In this document: positions 9,623 to 23,161 of the stretch, piece by piece
How positions within the stretch are numbered: position 1 is the stretch's first letter
How the letters are laid out: each line of letters opens with the position of its first letter
From: Toensbergia leucococca
Lineage: Eukaryota
Length of the DNA: 64,000 nt
Reading direction: 5' to 3'
Assembly: GCA_022813965.1 (NCBI GenBank)
Contig: JALDZS010000001.1
Span: 1 to 64,000 of the forward strand
Made by a program: the position numbers and the translations under genes
The notes under the pieces: model-generated
Database searches by the model: none
What the model was told of the DNA's origin: nothing
Seen by the model: only the letters and a program-made list of their open reading frames with translations

Positions 9623-11576
9623 GCCAAGATTGTACTTTCTTGCTTGTAATCAGAGTCGGAAAAGTTTGACAAAGGGAGAAGCGAGTATGAGCCAGATGTA
9701 ATGAGAGACACAAATGTTGGTCATGCTTCGACTTGGATGGAGTCTATTGCCGGTCATTGTGTATCCTCGGAGTCCGAAGCCATAAGCCTCTTAGTGACCA
9801 AATATGCACATAGTCACCCTCTAAGTCGAATCGCTGCAACACCGACCGGACCGCTCACCAGACAATTTAAAGAAAAGCTAGGTACCTAGTTCGCGAAGAG
9901 GGTGTGGCGTGGAGAAAGGAAGAGGGAAAGTCATCAAAAAACAAGCCGAGATCATGCAGGTGAGAGCATTTCTTCTTTCCCGGTCAAATGAAAGGTCCAA
10001 AAACGAAACGCCAAGTCTACTGGTTGTCGCCGTTGTCGATTTGTCGGGTATTTTCCATTGTCTGCTTTCTCAATGCACCAACTAATTACCTCCTGAAGCT
10101 GGTCCGTGCTCTGGTGGTGGTGTATTGTACAACCAGCATGTACGAGTAACCCTGATGGGCATCAGTGCTGCTAAGTTCACTATTCAATATGTCGCCCTTT
10201 ACGATCATCTACATAACTAGAGGAGTTGATAATCGCGACATTGTCATATGATATGAACGATTAGTATGCCATTTGTCATTTCGGAAGCGTCAAACTTTCA
10301 TTCTGGACGCTCAAAGGTCTGAAGTACGAGTAGAATGGAGACCCCGCGAAGATCCCTGTGTCCGGGAGGCATCGGCGAGCAGCGATTCAAAGAGACGTCT
10401 TGGCATCTTGGAGGAGGCCTTGGGGAAACGGTACCAAAAGGAGTTTATGCTCCGCCACAAGTCTTGGCCTTCCTAACACTGGTCATCTGTCTCTTAATGG
10501 TCCCCTGTTGAATGCAAGCTCCAGCAATCTTCCTGGTCTTGCCTGAAGCCAGTCATTTTCGTGCCCTTCAGACGGTAATCCTCCTTCTACCATTGTACGC
10601 TTCCTCTCAGCGACTGCACAGTGTTCATCTTAAAGGGACAACGTGCTTTGCTGATATTGGCTCTGCTGCCCGGGCCTGGAACCAAAGAGTTTCAGAATAG
10701 AAGTGTGCTAGCATTGAACGTTTGGTCTCGCTGTCACCGCCTTTCTTGCATGTCTTTCTCTCTCAAAGTCCATCAAGCCTTCATATAGCTATCTCAAGGT
10801 AAGACGTGTGAGCAGTGTGTGCTTTTAGGGGTATATCAGACTGTGTGAAAAGCCACCCAGCAAAGCACTTCTCCAATCTTTTCCATGTACACAAGTTAAA
10901 GTTTGCCCGAGTGGTGTTTCCACCTTGTGCCCTGATTTACGTACTGTGATACCTGATATCACGTTGGTTGCATTGCTCCATTCCTTCGAATTTCGCTATC
11001 TCACCCACACCGACCCAGCCTTCATAGCGATCTTCAATGGTCAGGCATGGCCTCATGACACGAAGCTCGAAGCAGTGATTAGGCTAATCCGAACGTTCTT
11101 ATGAATGCCCATGCATCGGGGGTGGAATGATATTGCTTTCAAGCAAGCTTGGCCTCTGAATTCGGTCCTTCCACTGAACTGTGATCGTCGCCACTATTGC
11201 CAAGCAAAAGGTCCGTCATATTTGTTTTGCACATGCTAGGTATGTATTTTGTGTGGTCTGCAGACCTAGACCTCATTGGTCTTCAGCCGTCTTTTAAATA
11301 TCCTGATCATGTTCATAGCAACATGCTGCAGGAAGAGGATCCTCGAAGCAATTCGCTTTTTAGTAGCACGAGTTACTAGGGACATTGACAAGGACAATTA
11401 CACAACATGCAGAGGGATACTTGGAGAGTGTTGAGGGCCTACGATATGCATGAGATTGATAATGGCTGTCTGCCAAGGTTCAATTCCGAGATAGCCTGCT
11501 ATTGGGAGCTCAAAAGCAGTGAGATGGTCAATGTCACCTCGCAGTCACGTCTTCCATTCTTGCATTCCGGCTTGGC
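9623..11576. promoter_or_regulatory. Cluster of eight PacC-type GCCAAG sites in the divergent DUF1275/OAH promoter region
   Basis: GCCAAG at 9623, 10010, 11199 and 11472; CTTGGC at 10399, 10463, 11148 and 11571. Confidence 0.55.
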
Positions 11577-11817
11577 TCACATTGTCGGTAATTAGGATGC
11601 TATTTGGCAAGGAGTCTCGCTCAAGCTCAGCAGACCAATGTGCTCGAAGAAAGGATAAAGGTGTGTCTGCCGATCTTTATCAGAGATATTTGAAAGGGAG
11701 CAAATTCCCGAATAATCGCTACCATCTCCATCAAATCTACTTCACTTGGTCTACAGTACCGTTACCGCTCGCCATATGCCTCAAGCATTTCTCAGCTTGA
11801 CACCAGTTCAGTATCAC

Positions 11818-13240
11818 ATGGAGATTGGAACCACACCATTCACGAACGATGTCGTCTTTGACCTCGCTATGAAGCCGTTACCTTGTGCAGACAACGCACT
11901 GGCTAAGACTGAACCATCGATAGTTGACCTCAACCGTAGAGCTGTCACGCCATCTGTCGTCGGTGGCAGTCACGATAAATTGGATATCTCAGCAATGACT
12001 AAAGGGCAGTTTGAAGAAACCGCCGTTCCTTCACCAACGGATAGCCGCCAGGATACTCCTATCGCCAATCTAACCAGAGCCACTCTCTTGGAGAGACCTG
12101 TTTCACCAGCTACTAGGCTCAAGCAGCGTCTTCAAGAAACAGGCGAATTAATAGTTTGTCCTGGTGTCTACGATGGATTCTCCGCTCGAATCGCCTTATC
12201 CGTAGGCTTTGATGCTATGTACATGGTAATTCCACCAACTTCCAATCTCGCTACCAAAGCAGGACAGGTTTACTGATGACCATCTAGACAGGTGCTGGAA
12301 CTACTGCTTCGAGGCTCGGCATGGCCGACCTGGCCATTGCTCAGGTAATCTGTCTGCATTACCTCTGACGTGAGGAGAACGCTGACTCATTAGTAGCTTC
12401 ATGACATGAGAGAGCATGCAGAGATGGTATTCCTACCAACCTCCCTATGTGCCTCTCAATGCTGACCGAGATGCTAATTAGATCGCGAACCTTGAACCAA
12501 ATGGTCCCCCACTCATTGCAGACATGGATACGGGATACGGCGGTGAGCAACCACAATTCTTCTCTCCACTCATTTATCAACCTTGTCCGATATTAACCTG
12601 CGCCCATCAAGGTCCTATCATGATCCACAACGCAGTCAACCAATATATCCGCGCCAACGTTGCCGGCTTCCACATCGAGGATCAAGTCCAAACTAAACGT
12701 TGCGGCCACCTTAACGGCAAAAAAGTCGTTGAGACCGAGGTCTTCCTCTCAGGCATCCGTGCCGCCAAAGCCGCCAAAGACAAGGCTCGCTCGGATATTG
12801 TTCTCATTGCCCGCACAGATGCCAACCAAATGCTCGGCTACGACGAATGCATCGCCCGCCTCCGCACTGCCCGCGCCCTGGGTGCCGACGTGGGCTTGCT
12901 CGAGGGATTCGCCTCCAAGGAGCAAGCGAGACAAGCTGTCATCGACCTGGAGGGCTGGCCGCTGTTGCTCAATATGGTGGAGAACGGTGCGTCGCCGCTC
13001 ATCACTGTGGACGAGGTGCGCGATATGGGCTTCCGCATCATGATTTTCTCCTTTGCGGCGCTGGCGCCTGCTTACACGGCCATACGAGCGGCGTTTGAGA
13101 TGCTCAAGAAGGACGGCGTCACTGGCACGGGCGCTAAGAAAGATTTGACGCCTCGGAAGCTGTTTGAGGTGTGTGGGTTGCGGGAATCTATGGAGGTCGA
13201 TACTGAGGCTGGGGGGCTGGCTTTTGCTGGGGGTATCTAA
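11818..13240 (+). CDS. oahA: Oxaloacetate acetylhydrolase (isocitrate lyase/PEP mutase family); four introns; start could also be 11776
   Basis: CPGVYDGFSAR, YM|TGAGTTASRLGMAD, ADMDTGYGGP, HIEDQ..KRCGHL, LLLNMVENG and IMIFSFA, which has the Ser reported to distinguish true OAH from dimethylmalate lyase-type paralogs. Confidence 0.92.
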
Positions 13241-13645
13241 GTCTCTCTTCAACGACGTTTATTTGCTTTTTGGTGATATTCATCATTATTTTTACCCCTG
13301 TTGGCAGAGCACCCTACACTGTTATTTGATCTTGAGACACGTTACGTTTACCTTGGTATCAGTGCCCATGATTTATAATTGGTTTTATTTTGAGCATCAT
13401 CATTACCTAAACAAATCGTAGCCCATAGATGAGGCGCATTGGTTGTTTTACTTAGCATAGCTGTGCAAACAGTGTGCTGATAGGAAGAGGTGACGAAGAT
13501 ATTGTGCAATTTAGCACTCTACCTCCTGCCAATGACGTCACCCACAACCCTCAGTCTCTCCACAATCAACCACGAAATCCATAGAACCACAACCCCCATT
13601 TCCTTGGAAAAAAAAATATTTCCAACTCCCCCCCCGCCCCAACCA

Positions 13646-14296
13646 ATGGCCCAAGTACCTCCCTCCCCACCTTTCCCCCCCCGAAAACCCCCCCACAACT
13701 AACACCCCCAACCAAAGAAAGCCTTCAAGCACCAAGCCGCCCGCAACACCCAAATCCTCAACCGCACCCACCTAATCTCCCTAACCCTCCACACCCTCTT
13801 CCACCTCCTCCGCCTCCTCCGCCCCGCCTCCGCCCCCACCCGCCCCACCTACCTCCCCTACCTCCTCCTCTCCACCCCCGCCCTCGCCATCGAATTCTGG
13901 CTCGAGAAAACCGGCCGCCCCTCTTACGCGTCGGCGGCTTCGAACAACAATAACAACAACAACAACAACAACGGGGTGGGAGGCCTTAAGACCTGCGGCG
14001 AGGATCTCGATGCCCGGGGCTTGACGGAGTGGTTGTGGGATGTGCTGTATTGGTCGTGGGGGTGTGTGGGGGTGGTGTGTGTGGTTGGGGATCGGGGGTG
14101 GTGGCTGTGGGGGGCTGTGCCGGCGTATTCGGGATGGCTTGCTTGGAGGACTTTTGGGGGCGTGAGGCGCGGGATGGCTGGGTTTGGGGGACAGGGGGTG
14201 GCTGGTGATGGTGATGGTGCTGGGGATGGTGGGGGGGTGAGTAATCGGCGGAGGAAATTGGAGAGGAGGGGTGGGCAGAAGATGCAGTATCGGTGA
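13646..14296 (+). CDS. SND2: SRP-independent targeting protein SND2/TMEM208 (DUF788); intron 13655-13717
   Basis: Spliced product MAQKAFKHQAARN..IEFWLEKTGRP..GEDLDARGLTEWLWDVLYW..WWLWGAVPAY..SNRRRKLERRGGQKMQYR. Confidence 0.88.
13943..13972 (+). repeat. (AAC)n microsatellite encoding 10 Asn in SND2
   Basis: AACAACAATAAC(AAC)6 read directly. Confidence 0.9.
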
Positions 14297-14675
14297 GGGA
14301 TTCTAGGTGTGATAGACGTTGGTTTTTCGAGCATCTGCCCGAGTGGTGACTTCACGTAATGCCTACTCTTGTATACAGATGCAAACTGTGTCTGTCAAGA
14401 TGATTGGACATCCAAGATCTCGAAGAGGTCGTGTGAGGGCTTGCAAAGAACATCAATCCATCATCTAGTCTATCTCGTAAAGTCACCACAGCAAATGTAC
14501 CAGATACGTATAATTACGAAATTATCACCGAGGTTGAGGACTATGGTACAGTCGAAGGGTCCGCTCAAAGTTTGGATGTCTCCTTAGACTTTTGAAATCG
14601 CAGCGTTGAAGCTTTTGTTCGAGCATTGAGAAGTCAAGCCCGTTCCCTATATGTATGAACAATGTGGCATCGAGC

Positions 14676-15771
14676 TCAAAAGCAAAATACCTGGTCCTCT
14701 AATTTACTAACAGGTCTTGGCTTCTCATACCCAAGAGACTCGGCCGCTTTCTTCATTGCGCTGATCATTGGCGGAGGGCCACAGAGGAGTACCTTTATAT
14801 CCTTGGCCGGTGCTGGTAATTTGGCCTGCATGCTGTTAGCGTCCTTGTTGAATATGCCGCTATTCCTAGACTCACCTTGATCATGTCTGGCGTCACAAAT
14901 CCAACTCCTCCATCCCACTTCTCCGGTGGATTGTTGAGCACATAGTGGACTCTGAACCCCTCGTCTTCATTTGCAAGCGCATCCAAGTCTTCTTTGAGCA
15001 AAATATCTTCATGGTTAACATTCGCAAATATCAGATCAACTTCTGTCCTGTCGTTGCCACCATTCCTCGGTCTTCCCCTGATGATGGCCCTGATAATCTG
15101 CAGCATGGGAGTAATTCCAGTTCCGCCTGCAATCATACCAAAATGCCTGACCAAGCCAGGCGAGTACACCATAGCACCTTTGGGTCCCTTGACTTTCAAT
15201 GTTTGGCCAATTTTGAGGGAGGCCATGTGTTTCGAGATGTTACCGGTGGGATATGATTTGATGAGGAGGTCAAAATACCCAGGGTTTTCATCAGAGGAGA
15301 TGGGGGTATAGGAGCGAACGACCTCCTTGGGTTGACCGTCTATTGTCGCTGCGACAGAGATATGTTGACCTATTGGAAGACCCAATATGTGTTTTTCGTT
15401 GGGTAGGTTGAAGCGATAGCTACAGATATCAGATGACTCTCGTCGTGATGAGAAGTAGACGGGCATACATGGCCACATTGTGAGAGAGAACGGTTTTCTC
15501 CTTGAGCTCAAAGTCTTGATATGCATCAGGCTTCAAGACCTTTTTCACTTCTATCGGACCATAATTGATCAGCGTCAACATAGGATAATCTGGGGATGAG
15601 GAAGGAACGAATTGACTAACGATTGTTGTACACTTTCCAAGCTCCTAGTAATACGGCTACTACTACGGCGTATGGTAGCCATTCTCTCTTGACAATGCCA
15701 ACGCCGACCAGTAGTAGACCCGAGGGGATATAAACGCCGTTTATATATTGTTGGGAAAGGAAGTTATCCAT
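14676..15771 (-). CDS. CBR1: NADH-cytochrome b5 reductase 1; multi-exon
   Basis: N-terminal anchor [17 protein letters not shown], then [31 protein letters not shown] and [14 protein letters not shown]. Confidence 0.95.
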
Positions 15772-15970
15772 GGTTCAAGCGAATACCGTTGAGAGAGTGG
15801 AAAGGCCTCTGACGTCTGTATGGGAAACTGTCAGCTTCCACTCCGTATGGAAGCTGGAAGGGAGGCAGGTGGAAAGACGCTTTGAACGTTTCAATGAGGT
15901 GGGTTGCATCTAAAAGTCTGAGGGTCCCCTCATGGACATTCTGGTGGATCTAGTCTACTTTGGACCAGCT

Positions 15971-15984
15971 GCTTATCGATAAGC
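15971..15984. promoter_or_regulatory. 14-bp palindrome GCTTATCGATAAGC carrying two GATA cores (possible GATA-factor site)
   Basis: Perfect palindrome in the divergent CBR1/siderophore-transporter intergenic region. It resembles, but does not exactly match, the SreA consensus ATCWGATAA. Confidence 0.3.
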
Positions 15985-16763
15985 CCCAACCACAATAAGT
16001 TTTGCATGCGTGAACCTCCTGAACAAGAAATCTCCACCTTTGGCGCTTCCATGATGGAGATGATGGTTATTCTTCGAGGCCCTCAATCAGAGAGATCTCA
16101 ATCCACTACTCGGTCCGAACCCCAATTCTTCGCGAGGCCCAAAGCTACAGGAAGCAACTCTCTTCGAATTTCCTAAAATAAAGACTGAGAGAAACATAGA
16201 TCAACATGATGATGCTACGAGTATTCAATTCATTGAATGATGATGTCCAACAGATAGAGTTCTCAATAAAGACAAAGACAATTACTGCTTTGGGCGGTAT
16301 GTAGAGTATCCGCACAATATCTAACAGGATTTAAGCCAATCAGATCTTGGTTCATCAGCGAGAAAATGAGGTGGAATAGAAACAAAGCGACAGATTTCCT
16401 GATCATGCGTGATGCCCTCTGAATGAATCCCCATCATGATGCTGAGTTTCGGCAGCCGAATGGCATTCCCCACATTTTGGACGCAAAATGTCGTGTAACG
16501 TCCGGTATCGGTCATCTTTTTCTTGAGGCGAATCAGCTGGTGAACCCCAGATAGACATGGATCATCGATGTGGAGAAATGGTAGTCGACCTTTCCTGCCA
16601 TCAAGAGATCTTCATTCGTCATTATCTTTTCCCGTTGGAATTATGCATCGCAGTGTTCTTCTACTCGTACTGATAGAAAATTCTAGAAGCCGAACTCTAT
16701 CTTTAGATACCTGCTTCACTCACGGTCATTGGAATTGGAACTTGGACAATCCTTCGCCAAGGC

Positions 16764-18869
16764 ATGTCTCAGACTGAGCCTTCATCACAGTCCCACCAAG
16801 TTGAGAACAAAGCTTCTATTGGGGAAGATCACTCTTCACTAAATTTATGTGATGCTCAAAATGGCGTCAAGAACATCGAGGCCATCAGCCTGACATGGAC
16901 ACAATGGTCGTTGATATCTGCATACGCTGGGTAAGCATGTCACACCATATTTATGTCAATCATACAAGTCATCTACTCTGGGGCCGTCAAGCCACATTTT
17001 TTTTTTATAATAAGACGTTATTTGTATCCCAAAATCACTCCTTAGTCTTGAATTTTGCTGAGATTCTCAAGCATTTTCCTCTTGGCTTTTTGCACATCCT
17101 TGGAAAGCCAGACCACTGCCAACCTGACCGTCTATGCGACCAGCGCCTTCAAGGAGCACTCCTTGGTCGCCACGGTGCTTGTAGTGCAAGAAGTTGTTAA
17201 TGGTACGTCGCTAGATCGCCCTTGAGAATGCTCAAAATTAAAGAAGCAGCTGTCATAAAACCACCAATGGCAAAGATCGCCAACGTGTTTGGTCGTCTTG
17301 AAGCTTTTTCTCTTAGTATATTTCTCTACACTATTGGCTACATCCAAGAAGCAGGCTCAAACAACGTAAAGACCTTTGCTTCGGCTCAAATCTTTTATTC
17401 GGCTGGATCAACAGGACTCCAGATCCTACAGCAAATCTTCATTGCGGATACGAGTGATCTGTTGAACCGCGCCCTTTTTTCAAGTTTACCCGATATGCCT
17501 TTTCTGGTTACTGTTTGGATCGGCGCCCCAATCGCCGATAGCATTCTGTCAGAAACGACATGGAGATGGGGCTATGGGATTTGGGCCATTGTGCTTCCGG
17601 TAGCTTTCATGCCGTTAGGCCTTGCGTTGCTCTTGAGTGTGAGAAAGGCTGCTAAACTGAAACTCCTTCCACCTTCTCCTTGGAAGGGCCAGAGCGTCCT
17701 TGGCGGACTCAAGAGCCTGTGGTATGAGCTAGACGTCATGGGCTTGCTGCTTCTTTCAGCCGCGATATCTTTGATACTGATTCCCTTGACATTGGCGGCG
17801 ACTGCGAAGAGTGGATGGCACAATGCCAGCATTATTGCTATGATTGTGATCGGCTGCCTTTGTACCGTAGTATTTCCCCTCTGGGAGATAAGTAGCAAGC
17901 TAGCTCCTAGGCCGTTCTTGTCTTTGCGACTATTGACCAATCGATCCGTGCTTACCGGTTGTGGGATTGGATTCTTTTACTTCGGTAAGCCCGTCATGCC
18001 TCTACCTATACAAGGTAGATATCTTGTCTCTGATGAGCACAGCCGTTTTTTATACCTCGATCCAACCATATTTCTACTCGTATCTACAAGTCGTACAAGG
18101 AGACTCGATCACGGCCGCTGGTCATATCACTCAAACCTTCTCCTTCACTTCTACTGTCACCGCCATCTGTATATCACTTGTCATCAAGTATACCAAACAT
18201 TATAAGTATTACATTACTGCAGGAGCTGCTATTTACATCCTGGGCGTAGGCCTCATGATCCGATATCGCGTCGAGGGTAGCTCAACAGGACAGATTGTTG
18301 GGACACAGATCGCGGTAGGTATTGGCGGAGGTATGCTGAACGTTCCTACTCAGCTAGGCGTACAAGCCTCTGTGAGCCATGGGGATGTCGCAGCTGCTAC
18401 CGCCATATACCTGACCTTGGTTGAAATCGGTGGCGCAGTTGGGGCAGCCATCTCAGGTGCAGTTTGGACCGCCAACATCCCAAAAAAACTTGAGCTTTAC
18501 CTGCCTGCGAGTGATAATGCTCAAGCTCTCAGTATTTTTGGGAATTTGACACTTGCCGAATCGTTTCCTATTGGAACTCCGGAACGAATTGCAGTTGATA
18601 GAGCCTATCAAGAGACTATGAACATTCTGCTCGTCATCGCCGTCTGTCTCGCCATACCACTGATACCTCTAAGTCTGTTGATGAAGAATTACAAGCTGAA
18701 CCAAGTGAGTTGGCATTTTCTTGTTTAGAACCAAAAGACTGATCGATTGGAATAGATGGATCAAAAAGTCAAGGGGAAAGTAATCGGACAAAGTAAACGT
18801 CAAGAATCTGATGTTCTAGAGATGAAGAGCGGTGAGAAAAAGTCTGTTTTCGAACGTTTTCGGCGATAG
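16764..18869 (+). CDS. Siderophore-iron transporter (ARN/Sit1/MirB-type 14-TM MFS); multi-exon
   Basis: GVKNIEAISLTWT, KPPMAKIANVFGRLEAF, QIFIADTSDLLNR, WRWGYGIW and IGTPERIAVDRAYQET. Confidence 0.92.
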
Positions 18870-20132
18870 TGATACCATGAGAAGCTGTCAGAAAGGAAGC
18901 TCGTGTGGATAACCTTGCCGGAAGTAAGCTAGTAAGCAAAGTCACGGATTCCCTAGGGATGCGCAGATTTCCCACTGAATTTATCAGGTGTTTTCGTGAT
19001 TATCGTTGGTTTGAGGGTAATGATACCCTCCCGAGGTCCCTCTTCAGGCAGACGCAATATTTCATTGAAAAACACAGCAATTCTGCACCTCCCTCAAATT
19101 CTGCACCTCTATTCTACGGCATGCCATCTACCTCCTGTATCACATAGAAAGTCATCTTGGCTTCACACTAGATTTCCTCTTGATTTTCCAACCCCTCACC
19201 CTCACCCTCCCCAGCGCAATCATATGAAATTTACAATTTTGCATTAGAGCAATGAATGAGGTAAATGTGTTGAGGATGAAACGTGCGAAAATCACTTCTG
19301 TCAGTGTATCATTAACCTCAAATTTATGATATTCTACCGATAGTCTGATCATCCAAACAGTGACAATGATACCTAAATCTCAGTATCATATTTTGGAAAT
19401 CTGTGTGTTCTCGATTGACCTGGTAAGCTAAGATAGTGGAGTCGGAGATGCAATGAACGGGGAACAGATGTAGAACTTCTCGAGGTACTCTTGTAGGATT
19501 TCGTAGATACGGACAGTATATGAATGCTCGATGCGGATGGCTGAACAGGTTGCGGGAGGCGAGATTCAGAATTTCACACTAGACCCTTTCGAGAAGTGCC
19601 TGTGAATTGCAGTACCACTATCTTCATCTCCGTGGCTCTTCGCCAAAGATAGCGGACACAACTACATTACCTGCCTCAACGAACTGGTACGAACAGACCC
19701 ATCAGCACCCTCGAGGCTCTGTAGCCAGGGAGGCCTACACGACGTCCATAGAAGGGCTGAGCCATCGTGTAACTCCTCCGTTAGTCGTACCGTTTCACTT
19801 TATCCGCGAGTACTCGACAATCTACTGACCTGCAATTGTAGAAAGGCCAGCTTACACCCCTGTGTGAGTGTGGGCCTCGAGTGTTGACTTGTGCGTTCTC
19901 GAAGCAGTGAGACCTGCGATTTGCCTCGACTTTCCAACCGTCCACCTTTTTAGTCTGAGACCAACATAATTCGCTCACTTTGCTGCCCACCCACGCAACC
20001 ACCTGTACCCCAGAATCATCCTCGATCTTAAATTTCCATCCCTACCTACTGGACCGTGTTATCTAGTGTTCACAGAAGCAGTAAACTCGAAACCAGAAGC
20101 CGAGCGGTGGATCGGTAATTACCTTAGTAATT

Positions 20133-21170
<1,038 letters not shown>

Positions 21171-23161
21171 CCAAGCTTAGCAAGTCTGTCAAGAACGCGA
21201 ACTGCTGCGTTATCTTGTGATGACTTTTGGCGTCTCGAGACTTCTTCCGCGAAGCTTTTCAAAGCGGTCTAAGTTTGGCAATGTTCCCTATTTTGTGGCA
21301 GTAATCGGTCATCTGCTTCGGGGAGCCAGGTGTTCGAGGGATTCGGTAGGATCTTCATTAAGGTACTTTCGCGCCAAATAGGAGGCGCTTCAGGGTAGCA
21401 AACGCAATCAAAGAAAAATCTTCAAAATATTCCTTGTTTTTCTCTCTCCATGCAGTGCTTTTATGTGACATTGTACTTTTGAACTCTAAATCTTTGAATC
21501 TTTCGATCTTGTCCATCCTTATTCGGAGGTGCCTAGGTGAAAGGAGACTGCAAAGCCATGTATCGCTCTCAAGATCGTCGGGTTGTTTCCTCTGCAGAAG
21601 GGAAACGCACCGGATGCTCTGGCGTAAGAAGACTCATTTGTTGGTGACTTTATCTGTCCATCCAGGCTCCTGGAACTTCTCTGTGGAATTGTCATCTTAT
21701 TTGATCTCCCTTCATTTTCAGAAGAGTACCTTTGATGCTGGTTATGATGGACGTAATCTCGTTGTAACGCTCTAGAGGCCGGACAAGGTCGAATCCGTTT
21801 CTGAATTATAGCCGTCCAGATAACATCGTCAGCATTTCCTCCAAGCCTTGAGTTATTGAGCGTTGACACTTTTGAGTACTCAGCTAAGTTCAGCTTTCCA
21901 TATAGGACATGGTACAATTGACGGTTCAATCAACAGATATTTGCTTCCCAAAAGTCGCCGAATTTCTAGGGCTAGAGTATGTCGTTAGAGGCCATGAGAT
22001 GAGAGTGTCCTCGTTGGTGCACATGCGGTGGTTCAAGGGAAAAGGGTAAGCCAGACTTGACTGATTATCATGAGGTAATACTAATACTAATCTCGAGATG
22101 TTGGAAGTGATCTCTTGTGCCTGCTGTTCGCAATGGTTAGGGTGAGCTCATTCCAAAGAATTCTGAAAATCAAATGCTAGGACATGACAGGACAGAGGCG
22201 AGAGAGGTCGATAGACAATCGCACCTTCAACATTATTTCTCTCTTGGTGTGAGGTTCAGAAAGACCCAGGACGCAGGAGAGTGACCAAACGAAGAGCGTG
22301 GTGAGTTTGCTTCCTACACAGAGATCAACCTGTCAGCTAAAGTTAAAAGCAAGCGGTATATTTGGACATTTTTGAGATTTCGCAGTCACATTCGCTTTGT
22401 AATTTGTGGGCTCACTTGCATCCAGGAATACCTTACCTGGGTGACAATCTTTGCAGCCTCGCTCTGAAGACAGTTCGTTGTCTTCCCGTACGAGGTATGG
22501 TACAAGGAAGGGAAGGCTTTGATTAAGGAAAGGTCTAGGGTGCGTATGTGAGACGGCAAGCTTTGAAGGAGTAACATTCGTTTACTCTTGTGATTTTATG
22601 CGAAGCTTGCGCCAGAGAATTCACACAACGGACCGGCGATGTCATGATTGCTCGGAGGGGTTTCCAACCAATCTACTGAATATAGACAAAGCGAGCCTGA
22701 CACCATATGACTACCTGAAAATGCAGAGCTTCTAGACGATGACCTTATTGTCAGGCAAGAAGTCAGTGCCCAGGTCCGAAGGTCTAGGCTGTCTTTGAGG
22801 AGGCATATTATGTTTACAGGACGTCAGCATGATTCTTTACTGAAAATTGGTAATCCACCCTGTATGTGATTCAACAGACGCTGACAGCGAGATCGGTAAC
22901 TAGCTTTGTTAAAGGAGACACGAGGATACTATTGCCTAGCTAGTAGACCCTTTCATCTACATCTGACTGACACTCTTCTCCAAGAAAGGGTCACGGGCGG
23001 TTGAGTAACAAATTGGTGTTTTGTAAAAAAAGGCCTTCCGATGCTAAGAGATAGCTACGCATCTGTCCAATACACGGTGAGGGATTGACCAGCAACTTCC
23101 GCCGAAACTCCCGTATGTAAGAAGCTTGCTCCCTCGCTTTCCGGCTCCATCCCCTTCCAGC

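Noticed and set aside
21500..22580. Possible multi-exon gene relic on the minus strand (splice-like signals and a LRQSIRC string faintly like DUF3328/UstYa)
   Set aside because: I could not assemble a stop-free model, and the HxxHC motifs are absent.
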